Assembly (NCBI GenBank): GCA_964591395.1
Contig: CAZQAV010000001.1
Span: forward strand, 1-28,226
Source of the DNA: Candidatus Woesearchaeota archaeon
GTDB lineage: Archaea > Nanobdellota > Nanobdellia > Pacearchaeales > GW2011-AR1
Reading direction: 5' to 3'
Length of the DNA: 28,226 bases
In this document: positions 17,403 through 25,671 of the stretch, one piece after another
Numbering within the stretch: the stretch's first letter is position 1
How the letters are laid out: each line of letters begins with the position of its first letter
Position numbers and translations under genes: made by a program
The notes under the pieces: generated by a model
Databases searched by the model: none
What the model was told of the DNA's origin: nothing
The model's input: only the letters and a program-made list of their open reading frames with translations

Positions 17403-18139
17403 TTAATTTAAAAGTCACAAATAAAAAAGGAGAGATAACAACACAACAAATAGTTATGTTAGTAATATTGGTAATTAGTTTTAGTGTTATATTGTTTTTA
17501 ATGTTTAGATTAAATTTAGGAGAAACTACTAATGATGAAATTTGCCATAATTCTGTTTTACTTCAAAAAAGCACATTAAAAAAAGGACCTTTAGATTGTA
17601 GAACAAATTATATGTGCGTGTCTGCAGAAGAAGATTGTGAAGATTTTAATTATGATAAAAAAGTTGATGTTGGAAATAAAAATGAAGCTATGGGGGTTAT
17701 AGCTGATGAGATGGCTAAATGTTGGTGGATGTTTGGAGAAGGTGAAATAAATTATGTTAATGAATGGAAGGGAACACATTGCGCTATATGTAATATTGCA
17801 AAGTTAAGTACAGATATTGGAGATATATCTTATCAAGAGTTTTATGAATTTTTAGAAAAAAATACAACAGAAATAAGGGGTCCAACTTATTTAGAATATT
17901 TGTATGGGGTTAATAGTTTAGAGAACTTATATGAAGTTGATGAAGGTTCAAAAGAAAAAATTTCAGAGGGAAATATTTTATCTGGAGAAAAATATTCAAT
18001 TATAACAGGTAGAAATAAAGAAGTAGATTTTCTTGGATTATGGGATAGAGAAGATTTTGTTCTTAGATCATATATTGTTAAATCAGATGAAATAAATGAA
18101 AAAACAGAATGTAATGTTTTTGATATTACAAAAGCATAA
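17399..18139 (+). CDS. Pilin-like protein, class III signal peptide
   Basis: NKKG/EITTQQIVMLVILVISFSVILFL; several Cys including CWWMFGEG. Confidence 0.85.
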   Translation: MINLKVTNKKGEITTQQIVMLVILVISFSVILFLMFRLNLGETTNDEICHNSVLLQKSTLKKGPLDCRTNYMCVSAEEDCEDFNYDKKVDVGNKNEAMGVIADEMAKCWWMFGEGEINYVNEWKGTHCAICNIAKLSTDIGDISYQEFYEFLEKNTTEIRGPTYLEYLYGVNSLENLYEVDEGSKEKISEGNILSGEKYSIITGRNKEVDFLGLWDREDFVLRSYIVKSDEINEKTECNVFDITKA

Positions 18140-18147
18140 TAATTAAT

Positions 18148-18555
18148 ATGATATTAAAAAAAATTTCTAAAAAAGGAAATATATTAACAGAAAATATTAT
18201 CTTTATTATTCTTAATTTGGTTTTTCTTACAATTTTAATGTTATTTTTATTTTCTAAGATAGATTCAACAGCCACTCTCGAAGAGAAATATGCTAAACAG
18301 ATAGCTCTTATTATTGATTCAGGTATGCCTGAGATGGTTATTAAATTAGATATGGGTGATGCTTATGGGAAATTAGAAGAAGGTCTTATTTGGAATGAAT
18401 CTGTTAAAATAAATGGAAATAAAGTGTATGTTAAATTAAGTGATCGGGGAGGATATGAATATTCTTTTTTTAATAATATTGAAGTAAATTCTTATCCAGA
18501 TAACCCTGAGAAAGAAGTTTATGTTTTTATTTTAAGTGAGGTGAAAAATGAATAA
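18148..18555 (+). CDS. Pilin-like protein, class III signal peptide
   Basis: SKKG/NILTENIIFIILNLVFLTILMLFL. Confidence 0.85.
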   Translation: MILKKISKKGNILTENIIFIILNLVFLTILMLFLFSKIDSTATLEEKYAKQIALIIDSGMPEMVIKLDMGDAYGKLEEGLIWNESVKINGNKVYVKLSDRGGYEYSFFNNIEVNSYPDNPEKEVYVFILSEVKNE

Positions 18556-19081
18556 CCTATACCCTAAAGGGCACAAGAAGGTGATGAATAAGGCTGGTGA
18601 TGGAAAAATAATATCTATGTATTGGTTTTTGATTTTATTTTTAATAGCTGCTGCTGTTGTTTATATGGCTTCTATGTATTATGGTAATCCATATGATATA
18701 CGAGAATATGAAGCAAAATCATTATCAAATAAAATAGCTGATTGTATTTCTATGGGGGGATATATAGATAAAGCATTTTTGGAAAATGAGATTGATATAT
18801 TGAATAAATGTGGTTTGAATTTTGAAGTTGAAGATATATCTAATTGGACAATGGATAGTGAATATTATGTTGAGGTAGAAATTAATCTTTATGGGGGAGG
18901 AAATTATAAAACTTTTGAGATGGGAAATATTAATTTGAAAGATTTTTGTTCAGACTTGGGGGGAAATTATAATCCTGTTTGTAAGGAAAGAAGTTTTTAT
19001 GTTTTAGGAAAAGAAGATAATAAAAAATATCAAGTAGATATAAAATCTGCAGTAAGAAAAACTGAAAAAAATGTACAATAA
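18548..19081 (+). CDS. Pilin-like protein, atypical class III signal
   Basis: MNKAG/DGKIISMYWFLILFLIAAAVVYM; overlaps both neighbours. Confidence 0.78.
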   Translation: MNNLYPKGHKKVMNKAGDGKIISMYWFLILFLIAAAVVYMASMYYGNPYDIREYEAKSLSNKIADCISMGGYIDKAFLENEIDILNKCGLNFEVEDISNWTMDSEYYVEVEINLYGGGNYKTFEMGNINLKDFCSDLGGNYNPVCKERSFYVLGKEDNKKYQVDIKSAVRKTEKNVQ

Positions 19082-19514
19082 AAAAGCACAGTTAGGAGAA
19101 ACAATGACTTGGGTAGTTGCAACTTTGATAATTATTGTTATTTTGGCTATATCTATATCTATTACTTCTCTTAATTTTAGTTATAAAAAAATAATGGTAA
19201 ATGATATATCTGATTTATATGCTGTTAAATCTGTTTCAGGATATATGTTAACAGAAGAAACATATGGGAAATTAAACACAGGTGTCTTTACAGGAGAAAC
19301 AGGAAATTTTGCAATGGATCTTTTTAGTGAATTATATTTAGAGACATATTTTAACGGAATATGGTTTGGTTTTGCAGATGAAAATAAAAATGATTATTTT
19401 GGAAGAAGATTAGAACCTGCAATAGGTTTTGGAGAGGGAACTGTGGCTGTAGATTATCTTGGTGAAGAATTTAAATTAAATGAAGAAGAATTGGTGATTA
19501 TATTAACAAAATGA
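19071..19514 (+). CDS. Pilin-like protein, class III signal peptide
   Basis: MYNKKA/QLGETMTWVVATLIIIVILAISI. Confidence 0.85.
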   Translation: MYNKKAQLGETMTWVVATLIIIVILAISISITSLNFSYKKIMVNDISDLYAVKSVSGYMLTEETYGKLNTGVFTGETGNFAMDLFSELYLETYFNGIWFGFADENKNDYFGRRLEPAIGFGEGTVAVDYLGEEFKLNEEELVIILTK

Positions 19515-19831
19515 ATAACTTAAAGACCATGAATAAAAAAGCAAATATACCTATAACAATTTTAGTAATAGGTGTTGTGGCTATATGCATATTAACCATG
19601 GGTAGTTTTGCTTTCTCAAAAATTAAATTAGATAAAGATTCAGGGATAGGTTATTTTGAAGATATTCAATCAGATATTGAGAAATTTTATTTTTATATGA
19701 ATATAGGAGATGATGTTTTTGTTGCTGCTGAAAAGATTGGTGCTGAAATTAATGAAGATAATAGTATATTAAAAATTGTTAAAGAAAAGAAACATATAAC
19801 TATAAAATATACACATAAAATAAAAGCTTAA
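19511..19831 (+). CDS. Pilin-like protein, class III signal peptide
   Basis: MNKKA/NIPITILVIGVVAICILTM; ATGA overlap with the previous gene. Confidence 0.82.
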   Translation: MNNLKTMNKKANIPITILVIGVVAICILTMGSFAFSKIKLDKDSGIGYFEDIQSDIEKFYFYMNIGDDVFVAAEKIGAEINEDNSILKIVKEKKHITIKYTHKIKA

Positions 19832-19872
19832 TAACACAAAACATTTTTAAACAAAATAAACTTAAAAATAAC

Positions 19873-20277
19873 ATGATAAACAAAAGAGGTCAAGGGTTAA
19901 GTACAAATGCTATTGTATTAATTATACTTGCAGTTGTTGTTCTTGTTCTTTTGATAGTGGGTTTTACAGCCGGATGGGATCAACTTGCTCCATGGTTATC
20001 AAGTAATAATGTAGATACAATTGTTCAACAATGTGGTGTGGCTTGTTCAACAGCTAAGACATATGATTTTTGTAGTGTTAAGAGAACTGTGAAAGCAGAA
20101 GATGGAGGAGCACAGGATAAAACTTGTAATGAGTTGGTTACAGAATATTCCCAATATGGTGTAGAACCATGTCCTGCTCTTGAAAATGAAGTTGGATGCA
20201 AGGTTGCTGAAACAACTGAACCAGATGCAGGGGATGATACTGAAACAGGGGATGAACCTGAACCTGAAGCACCTTAA
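19873..20277 (+). CDS. Pilin, candidate major subunit
   Basis: MINKRG/QGLSTNAIVLIILAVVVLVLLIVGF; six Cys and an acidic tail. Has its own TTTTTAAA (19844-19851) 21 nt upstream. Confidence 0.85.
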   Translation: MINKRGQGLSTNAIVLIILAVVVLVLLIVGFTAGWDQLAPWLSSNNVDTIVQQCGVACSTAKTYDFCSVKRTVKAEDGGAQDKTCNELVTEYSQYGVEPCPALENEVGCKVAETTEPDAGDDTETGDEPEPEAP

Positions 20278-20325
20278 AATTAATTCTTTACAAATTTATT
20301 TAAATTAAGTTTTTCTTTATTTAGC

Positions 20326-20445
20326 ATGGGATATGATGCAGGTTCTACACAAAAAAGAAATAAACGTAAAGGAAAAAGAAAAGAAAAAAAGAAACACCCC
20401 TATAAAACAGGTGGAAGAGGAAGAACACAAAAATGTACGAAATAA
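20326..20445 (+). CDS. 39-aa highly basic microprotein (not in ORF track)
   Basis: MGYDAGSTQKRNKRKGKRKEKKKHPYKTGGRGRTQKCTK*. TATA-like TTATTTAAA ends 21 nt upstream; overlaps the peptidase start by 13 nt. Confidence 0.7.
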   Translation: MGYDAGSTQKRNKRKGKRKEKKKHPYKTGGRGRTQKCTK

Positions 20446-21266
20446 TTTTTTTATATTGTCTTGCTTTGATTTGGATTATATTTGCAGTTGTTCAAGATAT
20501 TAAATCACGTGAGATAGCTAATTGGTTAAATTATTCATTAATTATATTTGCAATTGGTTTTAGGTTTTTTTATAGTTTGTTTAATGGAGAATTTGAATTT
20601 CTATATCAGGGTTTAATTGGATTGGGAATATTTTTTGTATTAAGTAATATATTTTATTATTCAAAATTTTATGCAGGAGGAGATATGAGATTAATGGTTG
20701 CTCTTGGAGCTATTTTGCCTTTTTCATATAATTTTATTGAGAATTTAAGATATATGGGATTATTTCTTTTGATATTTTTTATTGTAGCTGTTATATATAG
20801 TTTAGGTGCAAGTGTTATATTAAGTATAAAATATAATAAAAAGTTTAAGAGAGAATTTAAGAAATTATGGGAAAAGATGGATAAGATAATAAAAATAATT
20901 ATGGTTGTTGGCCTTATACTTATGATTTTAGGATTGTATCTAAATGTTTTGTTTTATTTTGGAGTATTTACTTTTTTATTACCTTTAATATTTATATTTG
21001 CTAAATCTGTTGATGAAGCATGTATGGTTAAGAAAGTTAAAGTTGGTAAATTAACTGTTGGAGATTGGTTGTATAAGGATGTTAAAGTTGGGGGAAAAGT
21101 GATTAAAGCTAAATGGGATGGATTAATGAAGAAAGATATAACATTACTTAAGAAATATAAGAAAAATGTGTGGGTTAGATATGGTGTGCCTTTTTCACCT
21201 GTTTTTTTAATTAGCTTTATTTTTATGGTATTCTATTTGGTAAAATATATTTTTCAGATTTTTTGA
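20433..21266 (+). CDS. Prepilin/preflagellin peptidase, family A24 (PibD/FlaK-like)
   Basis: Multi-TM with catalytic-type Asp motifs QDIKSREIAN and AGGDMRL, C-terminal VPFSPVFLISF; directly follows the pilin cluster. Confidence 0.9.
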   Translation: MYEIIFLYCLALIWIIFAVVQDIKSREIANWLNYSLIIFAIGFRFFYSLFNGEFEFLYQGLIGLGIFFVLSNIFYYSKFYAGGDMRLMVALGAILPFSYNFIENLRYMGLFLLIFFIVAVIYSLGASVILSIKYNKKFKREFKKLWEKMDKIIKIIMVVGLILMILGLYLNVLFYFGVFTFLLPLIFIFAKSVDEACMVKKVKVGKLTVGDWLYKDVKVGGKVIKAKWDGLMKKDITLLKKYKKNVWVRYGVPFSPVFLISFIFMVFYLVKYIFQIF

Positions 21267-21864
21267 TCTTTTTTGGTTTTGGTTTTTTAACAACTTCTTT
21301 TTTTTGTTTTTCCTCTTTGTAAAGTTGTTTTAAAAGTTTTTCAAGTTCATCTTTACTTGCTTGAGATCTTTGAGATTCTAATGTTTCATCTTTGTAAATA
21401 GGAATTACATTTAATATTTCATGTCCAAATAAATTTGAGGATTTTGTTAATATTTTTTTAGGTTTTAATTTTGATTTTAATGTTTTTTGAATATCTTTTG
21501 CAAGAGTTTGAGTTGTTTTAGGGAAATCTTCTGATGATGAAATATGTTTTTTAGGAATAATGATTGTGTGGCCTTTTGAAACAGGGTTTATTTCTAATAC
21601 AGCTATATTATCTTTATTTTCTTGTATTTTATATGAAGGCATGTCCCCTTTTATAATAGAACAGAATACACATTGTTGGCCTTGTTCTCCAGAGGCTTGT
21701 CCTTGTTGAGCTTGCTGATTTTGTTTTAAGAATTCTTCAATTTCCTCAGCAGACATAGAAGCTATTTTTTCTTTTGCAGCTTGTTTTTGATCGTCTGGTA
21801 GATTTGATTCTATTTGAGAAAAAATTTGTTGTTTGATTTGTTCTACTTGTTCGTTGGAAATCAT
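21223..21864 (-). CDS. HIT-family protein with degenerate histidine triad and N-terminal Q-rich extension
   Basis: CVFCSII...AVLEINPVSKGHTIIIPKKH is HIT-like, but the triad region reads GHEILNVIP. Confidence 0.82.
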   Translation of the reverse strand: MISNEQVEQIKQQIFSQIESNLPDDQKQAAKEKIASMSAEEIEEFLKQNQQAQQGQASGEQGQQCVFCSIIKGDMPSYKIQENKDNIAVLEINPVSKGHTIIIPKKHISSSEDFPKTTQTLAKDIQKTLKSKLKPKKILTKSSNLFGHEILNVIPIYKDETLESQRSQASKDELEKLLKQLYKEEKQKKEVVKKPKPKKIKKSEKYILPNRIP

Positions 21865-21874
21865 TTTTTTAGGT

Positions 21875-21947
21875 TTAACCTATTGCTCTTTCTCCCAATA
21901 GTGTAATGTTATTGGGATATTAATATTTAGCTATTACCCTATTGCTC
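21875..21947. repeat. 14-bp direct repeat (13/14) flanking an 8-bp-stem hairpin
   Basis: TTAACCTATTGCTC (21875-21888) and TTACCCTATTGCTC (21934-21947); TCCCAATA-N9-TATTGGGA at 21893-21917. Confidence 0.75.
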
Positions 21948-22206
21948 GCCGCATATCAATCATTTCAACAGAGTTAACATTTTCAATTTCTTTTAATGAT
22001 TTTTCTAAATCATCTAAATTTTTTTCTTCATCCCACCCAAACATAATTATCAAAGAATTTAATCCAAATGCAACAGGTTCTATTTCTGTTTTTGTTCCTT
22101 TTGCATCTGCATCATTGATTATCTTCTCTGCCTTTTCTTTTATTTCATCTAAATTAACTTCAGGTGAAATAGGCATGATCTTCATTTTAACAACTGCTAA
22201 TCCCAT
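21934..22206 (-). CDS. ef1b: Archaeal translation elongation factor 1-beta
   Basis: 90 aa; KIMP.SPEVNL..I, EPVAFGLNSL, ENVNSVE match the aEF-1beta pattern. Confidence 0.93.
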   Translation of the reverse strand: MGLAVVKMKIMPISPEVNLDEIKEKAEKIINDADAKGTKTEIEPVAFGLNSLIIMFGWDEEKNLDDLEKSLKEIENVNSVEMIDMRRAIG

Positions 22207-22339
22207 GAGATATTTTATAGAATATGATTTATAAGGTTATTGGATTAATATATTCTATATCTTAGTTAATTTTATATATGATTTTTCCCTTTTGCATATA
22301 TTGATTTAATATCAAGATAGAATTAGAAGGAGGTAAAAA

Positions 22340-23461
22340 ATGAAAAAAAATTTAGTTTTTTTAAGTGCTTTGATTTTAGGAGTACTTATGATTTCTGTTG
22401 TATGTGCTGGTTGGTTTGATTTTACAGGGAAAGCTGTGAAAGCAGATACAGAAAATTTAGATGATCCTGGAGAAAAGGTTAGAGATGATTCCCAAATAAT
22501 ACTTTATGAAGGAAAATTAAAAGTAATAACACTTGAAGGTAAGGGATATAATCTTTTAGCGATTTCGGTTGAAAAAACTTCTGCTCTAATAAATGTAGAT
22601 GGTGTTGTTAAAGAACTACAAGTATTAGAAACTGCAGAAATAGGAAATTTAAAAATAGATTTAATATCCACAAGAACACCTTTCTTTGGAAGAAATTATG
22701 CTGTGATTAAAGCTTCTCCTTTAAGTAGTTCTGATGGGGGTGGAGGTGCTGGAGTAATAATTTGTGACTCAAATGTAGATTGTCCTGATAGTGAAATTGG
22801 AGAATTTGTATGTAATGGGGAGGGCAGATATTGTGCTCTTACAAAAGATTATTCTTGTATAAATAAAGAATGTGTTGTTACAAGTGCAGGTGAGATTTGT
22901 AGTATGGGTGATTGTCCTGATGAAGATCAAACTTTTATTTTAGAAGAAGGAAGTGTTGCATTAATAGAGGATACCTCTGTTTCAATTGAATATATTGGTC
23001 CTACAGTAGTTAAGTTATCTATTGGAGGAGAAATTACTAATGCTTTGTTTGAAGGAGAAAGTTATGTTTCACAAGGAGGAATTCTTTGGACAGTTGAGGA
23101 TATAATGTATAATTCTAAAGAGGGTGGAATTTCACAGGTTGAAATATCATATGAATTACCAATAGTAGATGATCGTGATGAAGTAACTTATCAAGGTATT
23201 TTAGATATGTTAGGAAGTTGTTCAATCCATACTTATGAAGAAATTGATTTAGATGGAAATGGTCTTACAACAGGAAATGAAGTATGCCAATCCCGTGGGA
23301 AATCATGTATTCTTGCAGAAATATATTATGATTCCTTAGCAAGTTCTAATTGGACTGTGAATCAGTATACTTTACAAGATTGGAGTTCAACTTTATCACA
23401 GTGTAACACCAACAATGATCACTCTGTTTTAAGAACTGTTTGCTGTTCTGTTCCAATTTAA
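22340..23461 (+). CDS. Secreted/surface protein with Cys-rich and beta-rich modules
   Basis: GGAGGT SD at 22329-22334; signal peptide ending VCA-GWFDFTGKAV; two beta-rich segments; Cys clusters. Confidence 0.82.
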   Translation: MKKNLVFLSALILGVLMISVVCAGWFDFTGKAVKADTENLDDPGEKVRDDSQIILYEGKLKVITLEGKGYNLLAISVEKTSALINVDGVVKELQVLETAEIGNLKIDLISTRTPFFGRNYAVIKASPLSSSDGGGGAGVIICDSNVDCPDSEIGEFVCNGEGRYCALTKDYSCINKECVVTSAGEICSMGDCPDEDQTFILEEGSVALIEDTSVSIEYIGPTVVKLSIGGEITNALFEGESYVSQGGILWTVEDIMYNSKEGGISQVEISYELPIVDDRDEVTYQGILDMLGSCSIHTYEEIDLDGNGLTTGNEVCQSRGKSCILAEIYYDSLASSNWTVNQYTLQDWSSTLSQCNTNNDHSVLRTVCCSVPI

Positions 23462-23546
23462 TTTTTTCTTTTATTCTTTTTCTTATTTTTTTCTTTAATA
23501 GTGAAGACTAAATCATAGCAATCCTTAAAAAGAAAAGAATTTTGAT

Positions 23547-24497
23547 ATGAAAATGATAATGGGTAATTATGAGAGGATTTTGAAGGTGATAAGTAAATCT
23601 TCTGGGTTGACAGAGAGTGAAATTGAGACAAAAGTTGAAGCAAAGAGATCTAAACTTGCTGGGCTTATTAGTAGAGAAGGTGCTGCTCAAGTTATTGCAG
23701 CTGAATTAGGGATTTCTTTTGATAATGAAAAAATAAAAATAGATGAATTATCTCCTGGGATGAAAAAGGTGAATATTGTTGGCAAAGTTCTTGATCTTTC
23801 ACCTGTTAGAACATTTATGAGAAATGGTAAAGAAGGAAAAGTTGCAAATATGCAAATAGCAGATGACACCTCAAATATTAGAATTGTTCTATGGGATATT
23901 AATCATATAAATTTAATTGAAAAAGGAGATATTGTTGCTGATAAAGTTGTTGAAATATCAAATGGAAATATGAGGGATAATGAAGTACACCTAGGAAGTT
24001 TTTCAGATTTAAAGTTAAGTAATGAAGTTCTTGAAGATGTTAAAACAGAAAAAATTATGAAAGAAAAAAATATAGCTGATTTTAGAATTGCAGATAATGC
24101 AAGTGTGCGTGCTTTTATAGTGCAAGCTTTTGAACCAAGATATTTTGATGTATGTCCTGAATGTAAAAGAAAAGCATTGCCCGAGGGAGATGGTTACTCA
24201 TGTAAAGATCATGGTAAAATTGCTCCTGAAAAAAGAGCTTTGATTAATTTAGTTTTAGATGATGGAACAGAAACAATAAGATGTGTTGTTTTTCATGAAA
24301 ATATAGATAAGTTAGGAATAAATGCCATGGATGAAATTGAAAAAGTGATAGAGAAAAAGCAAGAACTTGTTGGTAAAGAGTTAATTTTTTTAGGGAATGT
24401 AAGAAACAATTCTTATTTTAATAATATTGAACTTATTGTTGAAGATGTTAAAGAAATTGATCATGATAAGATTATAGCTTCTCTTGAAAATAATTAA
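23547..24497 (+). CDS. Replication protein A-like OB-fold ssDNA-binding protein with Zn ribbon
   Basis: KVNIVGKV, IADDTSNIRIVLWD, CPECKRK...C..HG, LDDGTETIRCVVF. The true start may be ATG 23559. Confidence 0.85.
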   Translation: MKMIMGNYERILKVISKSSGLTESEIETKVEAKRSKLAGLISREGAAQVIAAELGISFDNEKIKIDELSPGMKKVNIVGKVLDLSPVRTFMRNGKEGKVANMQIADDTSNIRIVLWDINHINLIEKGDIVADKVVEISNGNMRDNEVHLGSFSDLKLSNEVLEDVKTEKIMKEKNIADFRIADNASVRAFIVQAFEPRYFDVCPECKRKALPEGDGYSCKDHGKIAPEKRALINLVLDDGTETIRCVVFHENIDKLGINAMDEIEKVIEKKQELVGKELIFLGNVRNNSYFNNIELIVEDVKEIDHDKIIASLENN

Positions 24498-24541
24498 TAA
24501 AAGATAAAAATCTTTATAAAGATAAAATCATAATCTTATTT

Positions 24542-25582
24542 ATGGAGAAAGAGGGATTATATGTTGGGGTAGCTTTAATATTAGGATTTCTTATGCTTAT
24601 GACCTTTAGTGGGGGTTTTGATGGTTCTATAAGTTTAACAGGTAGGGTTATTGATAATGAAACAGAAACATGTACAGAAGATTGGAGTTGTGATGATTGG
24701 ACTGTATGTGCAGATGATTTACAATCAAGAACATGTACAGATGCAAATACATGTGGAACAGAAGATAATAAACCTGATGAATCTCAAGCTTGTGTTGTTG
24801 AAACCATAGATAATGAAACAGAAACATGTACAGAAGATTGGAGTTGTGATGATTGGACTGTATGTGCAGATGATTTACAATCAAGAACATGTACAGATGC
24901 AAATACATGTGGAACAGAAGATAATAAACCTGATGAATCTCAAGCTTGTGTTGTTGAGGAAGCATGTACAGAAGATTGGAGTTGTGATGATTGGAGTGAT
25001 TGTTCTGGAAGTACTAAAACAAGATCTTGTGATGATTCAAATTCATGTGGAACAGAAGAGGATAAACCTGTTGAAAGTAGAGCTTGTACTGTTGAAGAAC
25101 CAGAAGATACCACCTCAGACACAACAGATACTCCAATTATAATTGATGATTCCCCTCCTCCTTTGCAAGAGCCAGAAGTAATTGCTCCTGTACCTGAACC
25201 TGAAGTAGAAGAGAGTGAACCATATTTAGATGATGCAAATCAACTTACAGGAGGTGTTGTAGGAGATGATAATGAAACTTGTATGGGGTGTGTAATAAAT
25301 GAAACATGTTATAAAGTCAATAAAAGAAAAAATGATCAATATTGTTTAAATGCAACAGTTGTAGAATGGGTTCCACAAAAAGAAATTAATGAAACATGTA
25401 TTAATAATTTTGAATGTTTAAAGAATTCATGTAGAGAAAAAGAATTTGTATGTGAAGAAGAAGAATGTTCTGAAGAAGAGTTAAAACAAATAGAAGAAAT
25501 GGAAGTTGAAAAAATTTGTACTGAGCCAGGTTTTGTTACAAAAATATTTAATTGGCTTAGAAAGTTTTTGAAGATGGAATAA
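24542..25582 (+). CDS. Membrane-anchored/secreted protein with three TSP1-like Cys/Trp repeats
   Basis: N-terminal TM then LTGRV; C.EDWSCDDW..C....(S/T)R.C.D.N.CGT three times; P/E-rich stalk; C-terminal PGFVTKIFNWLRKFL; six N-x-T sequons. Confidence 0.85.
   Translation: MEKEGLYVGVALILGFLMLMTFSGGFDGSISLTGRVIDNETETCTEDWSCDDWTVCADDLQSRTCTDANTCGTEDNKPDESQACVVETIDNETETCTEDWSCDDWTVCADDLQSRTCTDANTCGTEDNKPDESQACVVEEACTEDWSCDDWSDCSGSTKTRSCDDSNSCGTEEDKPVESRACTVEEPEDTTSDTTDTPIIIDDSPPPLQEPEVIAPVPEPEVEESEPYLDDANQLTGGVVGDDNETCMGCVINETCYKVNKRKNDQYCLNATVVEWVPQKEINETCINNFECLKNSCREKEFVCEEEECSEEELKQIEEMEVEKICTEPGFVTKIFNWLRKFLKME
24653..24957 (+). repeat. Perfect tandem repeat, 156-bp period
   Basis: 24653-24801 and 24809-24957 are identical (149 bp); a diverged third copy follows. 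Confidence 0.93.
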
Positions 25583-25671
25583 GATCTTTCTATATTAGAT
25601 TTTAAGTGGTTTTAATTAATATTATGTTTAATCCTATAAATCCTTATAAATAGGAAATGTTTGAATTTTTT

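Noticed and set aside
24648-25142. ORFs 24648-24965(-), 24813-25142(+) and 24940-25122(-) with repeated sequences
   Set aside because: Shadows of the 156-bp tandem repeat within the 24542 gene.
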